From Octopus vulgaris (Eukaryota), in contig OX597814.1 in the NCBI GenBank assembly GCA_951406725.2, positions 189,472,001 to 189,536,000 of the forward strand: a stretch of 64,000 nucleotides of DNA, read 5' to 3'. Position numbers and translations under genes: made by a program. The first letter of the stretch is position 1. Every line of letters begins with the position of its first letter. This document shows, piece after piece, positions 39,246 to 54,262 of this stretch. Below the pieces are notes generated by a model. It was not told the origin of the DNA. It searched no databases and saw nothing but the letters and a program-made list of their open reading frames with translations.

Positions 39246-40514
39246 CTGTGATTATACCGGTCTAACAACTGTTGCTTTTTGTCCTTTTATGATCAAATCT
39301 TAACGGTTCGCTGAGAGGAAGTAGCTAAAATGACTACCAAATTGAAAGAAATGGATTCTATATAATTGACTAAACTCTTAAAAGTGGGACACTAGAATGA
39401 CTGCTGACCGATTAGTGAAATTAGTAAAAGTATAAAAGTATATATGGAATGATTTTCACACGGTTATATGCATATCTAGATTCGCTAACACGCACAGATC
39501 TTTCTTTATATTTAGTCACGTATTTATGGCTATTGCTATCGAAATGTGGGTCTGGAAAGAAAACGTCAATGAGTGATGCGATCTATAAGGAAAGGAACAA
39601 CGTAGCTACTGTAACAATACTTGATTCTATAGATAAAACGAAAACATTTTCTAAGTTTTACTATAAACTCACAGCGTGTCATTCTCACTGTCAAATATGT
39701 AACAACTAACATAAGACATTTGTTGTTAATTTCTTTTTAAATATCATAGAAATAAATTGAATCTCAATGTAAGGACACCTCTTTTCTTTTCTGGAAGGTC
39801 TTGGACATCGTTTTAGTTACAGGCAGCGAGACGAATTTATCACCTCCTAGAGAGATCTAATTAGGTGTTTCACTTGAGGAGCCAGACACACGTTTAGACA
39901 ACGATTATCCAGCATAGCCATAAACATGTGATTTAACCTAACTCGGTGTGTGTCCAAGAATCGAGGTGTGTGTATGTCACCGTGTGAAAATCATTTTGTA
40001 TATACTTTTATATATACACTTATTTCGGTAATTGGGTTGCGATCATGCTGGGACCCCGCCTTCGTGGGCTTAGTCAGTCCTATAGATGGAAGTTCTTTCG
40101 TTTGCGTAAATATTTTATCCACTCCATCATCGAACTTGTTAGTTTGGAGATATAAAGGGACACATCATAACACTAGTGCAGATTTACCCGTATCGTTAAG
40201 AAGTTCGCTTCGCAAGCACTTTGTTCCGATTTCAATCCCGGTGCCTGATAGTGGTTGTGTATGAGTAGGGGGAGTTCAAAGGTGTCTGCTTCTGATAGCA
40301 TCGTGTGATTGTAGTCTGCCACCAGCCCTTCATTGCATTTCCTGACATGATTTAAATAAACAACTTTGCACTGATATTTCACTGCTTCACAGAGATTACT
40401 TGATATATTTTCAATGATCAACACAAGTGAAAATGATTGCTTTCACCAAATTACTATTAATAAACGTATCCAAATTTTACATATTAACTATTGTGATATT
40501 TTATCATAGTATTC

Positions 40515-41303
40515 AAAATTGGTTTCCAACTTTGGCACAAGTCCATTACTTTAGGGGTAGGGGGTAATCGATTACACCGACCCCAGTGCTCAACTAGTAC
40601 TTTATTTTATCAAACCCGAGAGGATAAGAGGTAAAGCCGTCCTCGGTGGAATTTGAACACAGACTGCAATAACAGACGAAATGTCGCTAAGCATTTTTCC
40701 CGGCGAGCTACTGATTCTTATTTCTTTATTACCCACAAGGGAATAAACATAGAGGGGACAAACAAGGACAGACAAACGGATTAAGTCGATTATATCGACC
40801 CCAGTGCGTAACTGGTACTTATTTAATCGACCCCGAAGGGATGAAAGGCAAAGTCGGCCTCGGAGGAATTTGAACTCAGAACGTAGCGGCAGACGAAATA
40901 CCTATTTCCTTATTGCCCACAAGGGGCTAAACACAGAGAGGACAAACGGATTAAGTCGATTATATCGACCCCAGTGTGTAACTGGTACTTATTTAATCGA
41001 CCCCGAAGGGATGAAAGGCAAAGTCGGCCTCGGAGGAATTTGAACTCAGAGCGTAACGGCAGGCGAAATACGTATTTCTTTACTACCCACAAGGGGCTAA
41101 ACACAGAGAGGACAAACAAGGACAGACAAACGGATTAAGTCGATTACATCGACCCCAGTACGTAACTGGTACTTATTTAATCGATCCTGAAAGAATGAAA
41201 AGCAAAGTCGACGTTGGCGGAATTTGAACTCACAACGTAACGGCAGACGAAATACCGCTAAGCATTTCGCCCGGCGTACTAACGCTTTGCCAGCTCGCCG
41301 CCT
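40515..41303 (-). mobile_element. SINE B trimer inserted in the head of an older B copy
   Basis: Three young units (40717-41303) abut a diverged old-tail copy (40515-40716). Confidence 0.85.
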
Positions 41304-41994
41304 TAGTCACAGTAATTCATATTGATATCAGTATATAGCAGAATGCCCAAATGCGTTATCATGAAGGTAACAGTGATACACCATTAGTTCGTGCTCATAC
41401 GAAGAAACATAAGATTCGTAAGAAACCGCTTAATTTAAGGGTCATAACCCAGAGTTTAATTATAAATTTTGCAGAAATAGTATATTAATAAAAACCACTC
41501 AACTTCACTTGAAGATAATAGTATTTCTGTTGTCAGAGAATCCTTAGAAAGGCAACAGAACTGAATTTCAATTTCACTTGATATACCAAGTAGTGCTGTG
41601 AGTCGTTTTGTAGAATATTTGTTATGCAAATACACATACAGCAGAGAAACTCAAACATTATTCGATATTAAGAAAACAAATTAATTTATTGATGTTGAAC
41701 TCTGTAATGTGTTCGTAATTTGGAACGCCTTGGTGTGGAAGAGGCAATGAAGAAAACAAGTACGGAGCGAAATGTCATTAAAGAACTACTATGATGAAAT
41801 GAAATGCAAAAGATTATAAATGAATTAACAGAATATCAGAAAGTAATTCAAGGTTGGGTTATAAAACAATGAGAACTGTTAGTTGCATTTTTGTGGATGT
41901 TTGACTTAAGAGAAAGATAGGGCAGAGCAAAAGATAGAGAAAGAGAGAGAGCGTAATTCTATCTGAACAAAACTGATTGTTATATTAACTCAAA

Positions 41995-42278
<284 letters not shown>

Positions 42279-42280
42279 TG

Positions 42281-42351
<71 letters not shown>

Positions 42352-42539
42352 GTGTCTATATTATTATACATATATACATATTTTCGGTCACACGTACATT
42401 GTGCGTATACTTCATTCAAACGCCAATTTGCTGCGTTTACATGTATACATGTTTGTAGGTTTGCATATATGTATGTATATCAAACGGTATCTACATTTGA
42501 TATATTGTATGATGTACATGAGCATTGTATAAGGTACAT

Positions 42540-43520
42540 AAGCAAGCATCTTTGCAGAACCAGATCCTCGCAACTACCGCTAGCTTCTTTTTTTTTTATC
42601 TCTCAGAATTCCGTTCAAAGCAACATGTATTTTATTCACCATAACTAAACTCAACACTTTCAAATTTGGTTACACAGCACTATATGCCTCTGGTCTCTAA
42701 TGACAACCCTCTGTGGGTGTCTTTTATTTTTAATATCACTATTTCTTTCATTCTTCAGTTGTTGTCTTGTCCAAGCTTCACGTATCTGTTTAATCTTCCA
42801 TATATAACAAAGCGGTTTCAATTATCCTCTGGCAGTCATGGGCTTATCTATCTTTAGCATCTCTCCTGAAACTCTATCTAATCCAGTAGCCTTTTCTTTC
42901 ATTTTCAGCTCCTATATATTTCAGCATTTTACCTATTTCCTTCGTAACTTCTTATTCGTGATTGTACTAAAATGTCAATTCCGTTTGTCTTCGATGCTCG
43001 TATCAGATGTTATTCATTTCCCATCAGATCTTTTAAAGTCACTTTGCCGCGTATGCGATTTTATAATCTGTTTTAACTCCTGATTATTGCATTGAATAAT
43101 ATATCTGCGTCATCATCTTTCCCTTCCAAGAATCTTCTGTTGTTCTTGAACTCCTTCTACCTTTCTATTCAGCCACCAATATTTATCCGGTTTACACTTG
43201 AAAGGCCTATCTTATTCTGTCTCCATCTTTGAACAACTTATTTTCGTTCTTTTCTCATCTCATTAACATCCAATGTTTCACTCGAAATCAATCCATTTCC
43301 TTCTTTTTATCTGTCTTATACCCCCAAACACCTTTGGCTACGTTCGAATATACATTCTTAACATTATTCCACGTATTACTGACGTCAACAACTTCATTCT
43401 AGCTTTAAACACCTACAAATCGATTTCAACATCCAATTACGAATTCATCTTTAATTCTGTCTTCTTTCAACTTTACTAAACCAGACCTTGGAGTTTCCTG
43501 TTCTTTAACCTTCAACTTTA
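42540..43520 (-). mobile_element. decayed RTE-clade LINE (endonuclease end to RT start)
   Basis: KATGLDRVSGEMLKID (cf. KAPGPDGIPAEMLK) at ~42895-42845. Decayed GDLNAR-like motif at ~43413-43395. Confidence 0.6.
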
Positions 43521-44109
43521 ACTATATTGTCCCTATTATAAATTGATAACCACTTCCAGTATCTGTACATCGATATAAAGCAACATTGCCAGTTAATCAA
43601 AAACATCTATTTGTTTACGATAATTTTTTATCTGGAGATGTCTAAATATATTTATGAATAATGAATATCCTTACATTTGAAGAGATTATCTCCTATGATG
43701 AGAGTGTTGGTTATACAGAAGCTAATCAATCTTCTACCACTTTATTTAACAGCTCAAAACCCGCGTATGCCTATCACGTGTTACTCACCTACGTTGCTTT
43801 CCCTAACTTCTGTATTTGATATAGCAGTCACAATTTTCATATCTCCTGCTGGTATCAATTCCCTCTTGAATGAATTGGTAGAAAGAACCTTTCTCTTCAA
43901 CGGTTGCTTTATTTATAGATACGTCAGAAACAATAATACTTGTGTTGCATAGATTAACTTTAAGTTTCAGTAAAATAATTCTTGCATTATATAAAGAGCA
44001 CCGTTCGGTCATTGCTCTTAAATCAAGAATCTAATTCTCAAGCTTATGCTGCATATTGTAAAGGATTTTTTCTGTATACATAAATTCAATATAACTTGAA
44101 AGATATTCT

Positions 44110-44790
44110 TTTCTTTTTTACTCTAAGCACACGGCCCGAAATTTTGGGGGAATGAAGCCAGTCGATTAAATTGACCCCAGTACGCAACTGGTACTTAATT
44201 TATCGACCCCCACCCAAAGGATGAAACATAATGTCGACCTAGCGGAATTAGAACTCAGAACGTAAAAGCAGACGAAATACCACAAAGCATTTCTCCCGGC
44301 GTGCTAACGTTTTTTATTTCTTTATTGCCCACAAAGGGGCTAAACATAGAGGGGACAAACGAAGACAGACATAGAGATTAAGTCGATTACATCGATCCCA
44401 GTGCGTAACTGTTCCTTAATTTATCGACCCTGAAAGGATGAAAGGTAAAGTCGACCTCGGCAGAATTAGAACTCAGAACGTAACGGCAGACGAAATACCG
44501 CTAAGCATATCACCCGGCGTGCTAACGTTTCTGCCAGCAAGATATTACCTTACTATATATTTCTTTACTACCCACAAGAGGCTAAACACAGAGGGGACAA
44601 ACAAGGACAGACAAACGGATTACGTCAACCCCAGTGCGTAACTGGTACTTAATTTATCGACCCCGAAAGGATGAAAAGCAAAGTCGACCTCGGCGGAATT
44701 TGAACTCAGAACGTAACGGCAGACGAAATACCGCTAAGCATATCACCCGGCGTGCTAACGTTTCTGCCAGCAAGATATTACCTTACTATA
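44110..44790 (-). mobile_element. SINE B array with duplicated flank
   Basis: Two young units, each adjoining CAAGATATTACCTTACTATA, plus an older unit. Confidence 0.88.
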
Positions 44791-45313
44791 GTTTACCTGA
44801 AACGTAAGACAATATTAAAAGCTGCCGCTGCATCAACGGGTCGGACTAGAAGAATCGTTAACGAACCGGAATAAATGCTCAGCAGCTCTTCTGACTTTAT
44901 GGTCTGAATTCAAATGCTGCTAGGGTCGACTTTGGTTTTCATCCTTTCGGGGCCGATAAAAATAAGTATCAGTTGAATAATTGGTGGTGATAGTGTGTAA
45001 GGAAAGGGGCGAGGCGATGCAATCGACTTACTGCGTCGCCTGAAATTGTTGGCCTTCAGTTTTCAGCGAATTCGAAAATAGAAGTGGAAAGACACAGAAA
45101 TGTGATCTATTTGCCTTTTCCGTTTACCTTTCGAATTAAATACGTCACGAAAGAAAAACAGAAAATAATAGCAAAGAGGAAATGAATCACTCAATGGAAA
45201 CTCTTTTGTAAATACGAATTAGAAGCAGTGCGAGTGCTGTAAATATATATGTATATATATATATATATATAGATAGATAGATAGATATAGATATATATAT
45301 GTATGTATGTATG

Positions 45314-45375
<62 letters not shown>

Positions 45376-45450
45376 TATATGTATATATATATACGTATAT
45401 ATATATACGTATATATATATGTATATATATATATATGTATGTATATATTC

Positions 45451-45521
<71 letters not shown>

Positions 45522-45728
45522 CGTACATACATATATATATATACATACATATATATATATACATACATACATAATACACACACACACACACATATATATA
45601 TTATACAAAGTGTGATGCGCGTATTTGATTGATTAGGAAAAGTGCTTAAAAATCAATAAAACTAAAATATCAAAATAAAACATTATATGCCAAATTTATT
45701 TGTGATCTCATATCATACATACACACAG

Positions 45729-45765
<37 letters not shown>

Positions 45766-46019
45766 CACGCACACACGCTGACATATACATGTACATGTAT
45801 ATAGTATTCTCTAGCAAGAAATGTATTGATTGTGACTTAGAATTTTCGGCCAACCAAGTCGTCATCGGACAGTCCAATGATTGTCTAGCTGCCCGAAATC
45901 TCGAAATAACCGACAATATAATCTTTGTTAAAGAACAATAAATTAAAACTGTATCATATGTATTGAGTAATGCTTCAATTTAATGTAAAATTGAATTTAC
46001 AATAACATAAAATCAAAGA

Positions 46020-46282
46020 TTAAATCCTTAAATCCTGCGGCCATGCTGGGGCACCACTGTAGAATGTGCTACACTAGTATGTGAAACCACCTCTGATACG
46101 TGGCACTTGGTCAACAAGGGAGTTCGACGCCGCTGCCCGCATCTGTGTTTCCTGCCGAGAGGTAGGTTCATCTGGAACCCCTGACAAGAAGAGATCGAGT
46201 TTAGTTTTAAAGAAACCCACGTCCACACAATGCATGTCTCTCAGGCATTTAGGAAGGATATTGAAGAGCTGTGGTCCCCTGA
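46020..46282 (-). mobile_element. 3' fragment of CR1-like LINE
   Basis: GPQLFNILPKCLRDMHCVDVGFFKTKLDLFLSGVPDEPTSRQETQMRAAASNSL aligns with the C-terminus of ORF 12055-12489. Tail GGTGCCCCAGCATGGCCGC + (AGGATTTA)n. Confidence 0.85.
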
Positions 46283-46560
46283 TTAGTATATACATAACAT
46301 ATAAACACATAAATATGTATATACATACGAATATACATACATGCATTCATACATACGTGTGTTTGTGCGCTGTGTGTACGCGCAAGTGTTAAACAGAAAT
46401 ACCCTGTCATTAAATCAATGCCGAAATACCAAATGACCATCAAATATAGAATGGGTTTTAACTATTTATTTCCTTCTGGTTAATATCCTTCTGAATTCTT
46501 CACCCAAATATGAGACAGCGAACTGAGATATATCAACTCTTAAAATGGTTGCTGCAAGTA

Positions 46561-47074
46561 TTGGGTTGTCCGGAAAGTTCGTGCCGATTTATAGTAGCTT
46601 ACCTTATTTTAGAACATATTTGAGTTCATAAAATAGGATTTGACTATACCTCCATTTAGAGCACAGTTTAAGCTATCTTTTCATGGAACAAGGTTTATGT
46701 TCCTATAACCTGTGTTAATTCGGTAACCCTTTAAAATGGAAGATAAGAAAGTTCATTTTCGGCACTTGATGCTTTGGGGTGTACCCCACCATCCATATTC
46801 ACCAGATTTTTGCTCCTTCCGATTTCCACTTATTCAGAATAGTCTTAATGGTAAAAATTTCAATTCCTTGGATGACGTAAAAGACACCTTGATGAATTCT
46901 TTGCCATGAAACTACCTCAATTCTGGGAAGAGGGTATTTTCAAGTTAGCGGAAAGATGGAGACGCATTGCGCAACAAAACGGTTCATATTTGGTTAATTA
47001 AAAATGTAATGGCAAATATTTATTGACCTTTCTCTTTCCTTTAAAAATCGGCACGAACTTTCCGGACAACCCAA
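46561..47074 (+). mobile_element. internally deleted mariner element (MITE-like)
   Basis: Perfect ~30-bp TIRs TTGGGTTGTCCGGAAAGTTCGTGCCGATTT, TA TSD, and transposase N- and C-terminal remnants. Confidence 0.93.
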
Positions 47075-47255
47075 TAAATATAGCATACGTCAAGTATGAG
47101 ATACTGTAGTCTTTTACAAAGATGAACTGAACATTCTTATGACGGCCAAAGCTCATAGATTGTAAATGGAATAAGTTACATGTATGAATGATTATGTGAT
47201 TAAGAAACTCACGTCACAGCCAAGTCGCTTCAGGTTCGAACCTGCTCTGTGTTAA

Positions 47256-47425
47256 TGTTATATCGCAATACTACACAGTGGCTGTGTGAGCTATGAAATC
47301 CTTGTCGCCACTGTTATATCGCACGTTCGGATGACCTCTACTCAACTCCTCGACTTCTAGACTTCTCCCTCTATATCTACGTATTGGGCTAGCCTACTTC
47401 ATCGTCTGAGTGCGTCGACACAACA
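47256..47425. mobile_element. short solo LTR
   Basis: TGTT...AACA termini with 5-bp TSD GTTAA (47251-47255, 47426-47430). Interrupts a decayed SINE head. Confidence 0.7.
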
Positions 47426-47965
47426 GTTAACTTGTGTACTCTCCTAAGATTAAGAGTTGGTCAATATACTGTGAGTAAAAGTTAACAGATGGAAAGTATA
47501 GGGAAACCTGTCGTATATGTGTGTGCATGTGTCTCTCTGTTCGTGACCGTCTTCATGCTAACGATTATATCTCTCAACTTGGGCGGATAAAAGTCGATAA
47601 AGTAGGTCTCAAGCATTATTGCGGTTGACATAACCAATGAAACCTTTGAAGGCGATGCTCTAGCAAAACCACAATTCAATGACTGAAGCCAGCAAAAATA
47701 GAAAAAGAAAACGAATGAAGTGACTTGGGCCAGCAAGTGTTGATTCTCCTCGTAATATATAGCGCAACACAATTGACGAAAGGTTGAAAAATATCGACTG
47801 AAAGACCACCGCCTTTCGAAAACACCTTCTCTCTCTTCTTCTGCCACTTTCTCAATAGCTCTCTCTCCCTCCCCGCTCTCTCTCTCTCTCTCTCTCTCTT
47901 CCTTTAGTTCTCTCCCTGTCACCCTCTGTGTTTCTATAGTATCAACTATCAACCTATGTAACCCT

Positions 47966-48374
47966 CTCTTTACTCTTTTTTTTGTTTCAGTCATTTGACT
48001 GCGGCCATACTGGAGCACCGCCTTTAGTCGAGCAAATCGACCTCAGGACTCATTCTTTGTAAGCCTAGTACTTATTTTATCGGTCTCTTTTGCCGAACCG
48101 CTAAGCTATGGGGATGTAAACACACAAGCATTGGTTGTCAAGTGATGTTGGGGGCACAAACACAGACACACAAACACACACACACATATATATACACATA
48201 CATATACATATATACGACGGGCTTCTTTTCAGTTTCCGTCTATCAAATCCACTCACAAGGCTTTGGTCGGCCCGAAGCTATAGTAGAAGACACTTTCCCA
48301 AGCTGCCACGCAGTGGGACTGAACCCGTAACCATGTGGTTGGTAAGCAAGCTACTTAACAAACAGCCACTCCTG
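47966..48374 (-). mobile_element. SINE family A
   Basis: Same structure as 706-1151. Confidence 0.9.
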
Positions 48375-48767
48375 AAATATAAATATATAAGTGGAAGCGA
48401 AATATAACTTCTCCGGAATATAACAGGTCTATTGTATCCAACATTTTTAAATGTGTCTGGTCCCAAATCTGGTCATATATCTGACCCCAAACGTACTTTG
48501 TAGTGGTAGGAGAACGGAGGAAAAGTAGAACGAAACGTCTGGCCCAGGAACATAAAATATCACGTGCAGAGTATGTGAATTCAAACATACGAGTCACCAA
48601 AACAATGTTTTAATCACTCCACTCAGTCTTCACGCTGCAACTACATCGGACAGATGGTACATTTTATTCCGTCGACTGATCAAAACAGCATTTAGCCTTC
48701 AGTCAGCTGTTCTCTTTAAAGCGCTCTAACACACACAAACACAAACACAAACACAAATATACACACG

Positions 48768-48821
<54 letters not shown>

Positions 48822-48996
48822 TACATACACAAATTTGCTCAAACAGATACACACATCTGTACGCACATAAGCACAGCCGCACTTAAAGAGACACTCAGAA
48901 AGTAACGCAAGCGTACGTGTGTTCGGACAAAAATGCTTTGAAACAATTTTTACATTTGTTGCAGGATATCACCTGGTTAATAAAAGCGGTAATGTC

Positions 48997-49047
<51 letters not shown>

Positions 49048-49844
49048 GTGTGAAGGGAGAACGGGGTAAGAGGGGGAGAGAAGCAAGAGAGAAAGAGAGG
49101 GTAAGAGAGAAAAAGAGTCTGTGTGTGTAAGGCAGAATGGAGTATTAGGGAGAAAGAAGAGAGTAAGAGGGAAAAAGAGAGGAAGGAAGGGGAGACAGTG
49201 TATGTGTGTGCGTGTGTGTGTGAAGGGAGAACGGAGTAAGAGGGGGAGAGAAGTAAGAGAGTAAGAGAGAGAGAATGGATTAAGTGAGAGAAAGAGAGGA
49301 AAGGAGAGACAGTGTGTGTGTGTGTGTGTGTGTGTGTATGTATGAGATAGAAAGAGAGAAACAGACAGGTAGATAGATTGGGCTGTTTCACAAACTGAAT
49401 ATTTATATGAATGTACAAATGAATGAACTGTCAATATTTTATACATATCTAATTCGGACTCATACAAAAGTATATATATATACAGAGAGAGAGAGAGAGG
49501 GAGAGAGATTGAGAGAGACAGAGAGAGGGGGAGTTAGAGAGTTACAGAGAGGGAGAGTGAGAGAGATTATAAAACACGTATTCAGAGCTAAATCTGCCGT
49601 CAGATGTTCACTGGAGTTCTTCGTCATCAGTCACTCAGTGTCGTCTGAAGAATGAGGACGAGCAGCGATTCATGCAGTTTCATCTTCAAATACGTTGTTT
49701 CATTCACTTTAATAGTATTGAGTACTATTTTAATTTCAATTCAACCAATCAACCCACACCAGTGTAACCCTTAATAAATACACACATTCACACTTACACA
49801 CATATACATACACGTGCATGTTACTGAATGCAGCTATGTATGTA

Positions 49845-49885
<41 letters not shown>

Positions 49886-49899
49886 GTATATATGTATAT

Positions 49900-50095
49900 A
49901 TAATCAATAATAATAAAGGGTAAAATTAATTAATTAATTTTTCATATCTATCTAACTCCGAAACACGTCCACAGTTAATCCAAACCGAGTGAATTCGTTA
50001 TTTTTTCTCTTTGCCTACGTGGCTTGCTGAGTATTGTTGTCTGGGAGATTTTCTTATGGTAAAGAAATAGCTAGTTTTGGCTGCTATTTCTAAAT
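49900..50095 (+). mobile_element. possible Penelope-like remnant
   Basis: AATAAAGGGTAAAATT start resembles 1743 and 34315. Contains CCGAAACACGTC (3' half of a hammerhead core) and TGGCTGCTATTTCT like 34503. Confidence 0.35.
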
Positions 50096-50239
50096 TTCTT
50101 TATGTGGTGAAGCAAATTTTTTGCTGAACCCTAATTATATTTATACTCATAATTATAAGAAATTTTGTATATATATATTGCTCATGTTGAACATCTAAAT
50201 TAAAATATTTATGCGAAAATGTGAGGAATTTATTGAATA

Positions 50240-50625
50240 CTAGCAGTATCGCCCGGCGTTGCTCAGGTTTGTAAGGGAAATAACTATAAAGCATGTTCAG
50301 AGAGTTATAGCCAAAAAATAGCAAAAAAATGGAAAAAAATGATGGTAAATTTTTTTTTGAGAGTTAAAAAAGGATGGAGTTGCGTCCCCTAGACAGTTTG
50401 TGGTTCGTGTTTCTGATTCTCGACCCCATGTCGAATTTATCGATTTTTTTCAGAACTGGGGGAACTTTTCAAAATTTTGGCTGTGTTAGTTTTGAATTAT
50501 GACATTGGGCTATGTGTGTGTCAAGTTTCATCAGAATCGGTTGAAAGCCGTGGTCAGGGTGAGGGTACAAGCAAATAGACACACAGAAACACGCACAGAC
50601 AAACTGCCGTTTATATATAGAGAGA
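50240..50625 (-). mobile_element. non-autonomous Helitron
   Basis: A|TCTCTCTATATATAA 5' end. 3' hairpin CCTGAGCAACGCCGGG then CGATACTGCTAG|T. Inserted at AT without TSD. Confidence 0.85.
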
Positions 50626-50814
50626 TGAGGAAAGTGTGCATATGCGAATAGAAGAGTGAAAAATATCTGGATGTATAGTTCTATATGTTCTTTGGTATAT
50701 CAAATTATAGAATATATTTTCTTTCAAAGATATGTAATACAAATATACTGGGAATTATGAATTCATATAAGTTGTTAAAGACTGTAAGCTTGAAAATATC
50801 GGGGTGGGGGGAAG

Positions 50815-51061
50815 TCGCGCCCTTTTAAAGCCTAGCCAGGCTCATGGGCCCGGTTTCCCGATTTCAATGGTGTATGTGTTCCCCAGATGGATGGGACGCC
50901 AGTCCATCGCAGTGTTGCTCATTTTTGCCAGCTGAGTGGACTGGAGCAACGTGAAATGAAGTGTTTTGTTCAAGAACACAACGCGTCGCCCGGTCCAGAA
51001 ATCGAAACCAAAATGTTATGATCATGATGCTGACACCCTAACCACTAAGCCACGCGCCTCC
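50815..51061 (-). mobile_element. tRNA-derived SINE (D-type body, tail shared with 55229)
   Basis: Head GAGGCGCGTGGCTTAGTGGTTAGG..GGTTTCGATTTC. Tail GGGAAACCGGGCCC.TGAGCCTGGCTAGGCTT. Confidence 0.8.
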
Positions 51062-52421
51062 CACAGTATCTGTTTTATTCCAGCCTAAACTCATAAAATG
51101 AAATGGATTTAACGCTGCTAAGTTAACAAATCACTTAACAGTTTTCAGAATCTTCGACAGTGTTATTATAAAGACTTAGATCTATTAAGTCATACAATGT
51201 CACAACAGTGATAACTAGATACGAACTATCTACTGAATTGTGAGCTTTCTGGTCCTTTTATTCAATCGAGTTATGTTCGTTAGTCGAGCACTGAAAGAGC
51301 AACCTTCGCCTGTTTGTAAAGTTTCTCCAGCATTCAAATGTTTAAATCTCACACTGACATGTCTCTCAATCCTGTATGAGAAAAGAGGAACAATTAAACT
51401 TGAAAACCAGAACATTTATTTGATATAAGTTATCTATCAACGAACTGTATGAAAGTGCGAGACTCAGTGATTAGAGTGTTGTGGTCGTAAGTTTGTATTT
51501 TGGCCACTTGGAACGTTGAGCAAGATACTTGATTTCACGCTGCCCCAGGCTACTCAGCTTAAAATATCTATCAGGCTAGTGTTGGTGCAGTCTTTCTCCC
51601 TTCGGCTGTCACGACTCAGTGTTTTCCTGGTTTCAGAGTGGAAAGTCCAAGAATTTGTTTCTGTCTCTTCGCGACTACGTAGAATGTTAACAAATTATTC
51701 TCAATTACGAGCAGAAACTACGCTGAAGCCCCTATAAAGTTGTAAAATTAAAGATACATTATTTCTATTATCGTACTATCGCTCTCATATTTTTGGGCTC
51801 CTAATTACATAAAAAGATTGTCCGTACCTGTTTTAGAAAAGCGAAACAAATATGATTAAATCTTTCCATTTACTAATTAACGAATTATAATCAGTGGCTT
51901 TATCTATAAATGTCTAGCTCTTTTGAACTCAGAGAAAGAGTGAATAAAAAATGTGGGTGGCAAGGTTCATGCTACGCCTCAAGATATTCGTGTGTCGTAG
52001 GTAAAGTGGAAAGCAGCTCACCGGGAGCCTACATCTAATTGAGTGCTCTCTTTATTAACTGTTCACTTACAAAATCACCAAATTTTTGGAGACAATGGAG
52101 ATAGACAGTGTCTTTTATATTCCATCACGCCATTCTTGTCAAAAAAAATCAATGTCTTCTTTTGTTTCGCAGTCGTCGTTCTAAAGTACTTACAAATTAA
52201 AAGTAAATTTTGCACGATACTGACAAAGGAAAAAAAAAACGCCAGTCATGCAATATCATTGAGTAATATATATCTCGGTTATAAAAATATTAATTATTCT
52301 TCATTTATCTCTAAATAACATCAAATCAAAATGTAAAAGGTACCTAATACGCTTTCATTTTTCTTTAGCTAAAACGTTTAATTCTAATTAATTCATGCAA
52401 TTTTTCAAGTAATATGAAACA

Positions 52422-52830
52422 GGCGCAGGAGTGGCTGTGTGGTAAGTAGCTTGCTAACCAACCACATGGTTCCGGGTTCAGTCCCACTGCGTGACATCTT
52501 GGGCGAGTGTCTTCTGCTATAGCCCCGGGCCGACCAATACCTTGTGAGTGGATATGGTAGACGGAAACTGAAAGAAGCCTGTCGTATATATGTATATATA
52601 TATATATGTGTGTGTGTGTTTGTGTGTCTGTGTTTGTCTCTCTAACATTGCTTGACAACCGATGCTGGTGTGTTTACGTCCCCGTTACTTTGCGGTTCGG
52701 CAAAAAAGAGACCGATAGAATAAGTACTGGGATTACAAAGAATAAGTCCCGGGGACGATTTGCTCGACTAAAGGCGGTGCTCCAGCATGGCCGCAGTCAA
52801 ATGACTGTAACAAGTAAAAGAGTAAAAGAG
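52422..52830 (+). mobile_element. SINE family A
   Basis: Near-consensus full-length copy. Confidence 0.92.
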
Positions 52831-53260
52831 TATATTATTCTGTTAATAATTAGTGTCAAAACGCATGTAATAGAGTCTGGAAGTTGTACTTCATTATCAT
52901 ATAAGTTTTCTCCTTATTAAGAACACTCAAGGGGAAAACTTTTACCTCGTAGTTCAACCTACAGGATATAAGAAACACTGTGTGTTTAAGTTTGATAATG
53001 GACACAATATTTCTGAAACTCAAAACAGAATGGTCTTTGCTTTTATAGCAAGTTGGTGCAGGTAGTTTATCCCGTCCTCCTCCAACCTTTTAGCTCATGC
53101 AATTGAAAAAATGCCGCGTTATTTATGGGATGTCCCTGTATATATATATGTATATATATGTATATATATATATACATATATATATGTGTGTGTGTATGTA
53201 TATATGTGAGTGTGTATGTATATATGTGTGTGTGTATGTATATATGTGTGTGTGTATGTA

Positions 53261-53313
<53 letters not shown>

Positions 53314-53548
53314 ATATATATGTATATATATATGTATATATGTATATATATATATGTATATATATGTATATATCTATGTATATATATATGTATATGTATA
53401 TATCTATGTATATATATATATGTATATATATATATATGTATATGTGTATATGTGTATATATATATATATGTGTATATATATATCTCCATATATATATCTC
53501 CATATATATATCTCCATATATATATATATAAGTATATATATATATAAG

Positions 53549-53582
<34 letters not shown>

Positions 53583-54262
53583 ACTAGAATCAGCCAACAT
53601 TTAAATGAACGTTCAACACAAATTGAAAACATGGAAAACGTACTCTTAAACTTACATTTACGTTACGGCATACAATTTTAGCTTTGACTGACACAAATCT
53701 ACAATGAAGGCAATATAGATAACGTAGCTGACCATAGTATACGACAGGTATTAATTTCATTGAATAATTAAATTACGAAATGCTAAATAAAACCTGCCAT
53801 TTGAACTGTGAGCAGAAAGAGACGTAGCTACGCAAATACTACAAGAGCGGTTCTACCACTCTCCCTTATCCCCCAAACAAACATACATTTTAGATATGAA
53901 GCATATATACAAAAAATATGAATATATATTACATTGATATAAAGTTTTATAGAAGCTCATTATGATGTTACATTCGTTGCTTAATTAAAAATCAGACGAT
54001 CAATAATTATTCTGAATATAAACTGATTATTTTTCAACTATATTGTATTTCGTAAATGACAAATTAGGTAGAGTATATAGATAGTCGAATTAGTATATTT
54101 TTATCTTACGCAGAATGCAGTTTACTAACTGCGTTGTCTTAAAAAGTGTGCGGAGTACTATAAATCAATATCAGTAATATTGTTCGACAAACATATATAT
54201 TCGCAAAATTACACATTCTCCGAGTATAAGTATACCTGCAACTATAAAAAAAATAGTTTGGT

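Noticed and set aside
49040-49330. ~170-bp imperfect tandem duplication of GA/GT-rich sequence
   Set aside because: Ordinary slippage between simple repeats.
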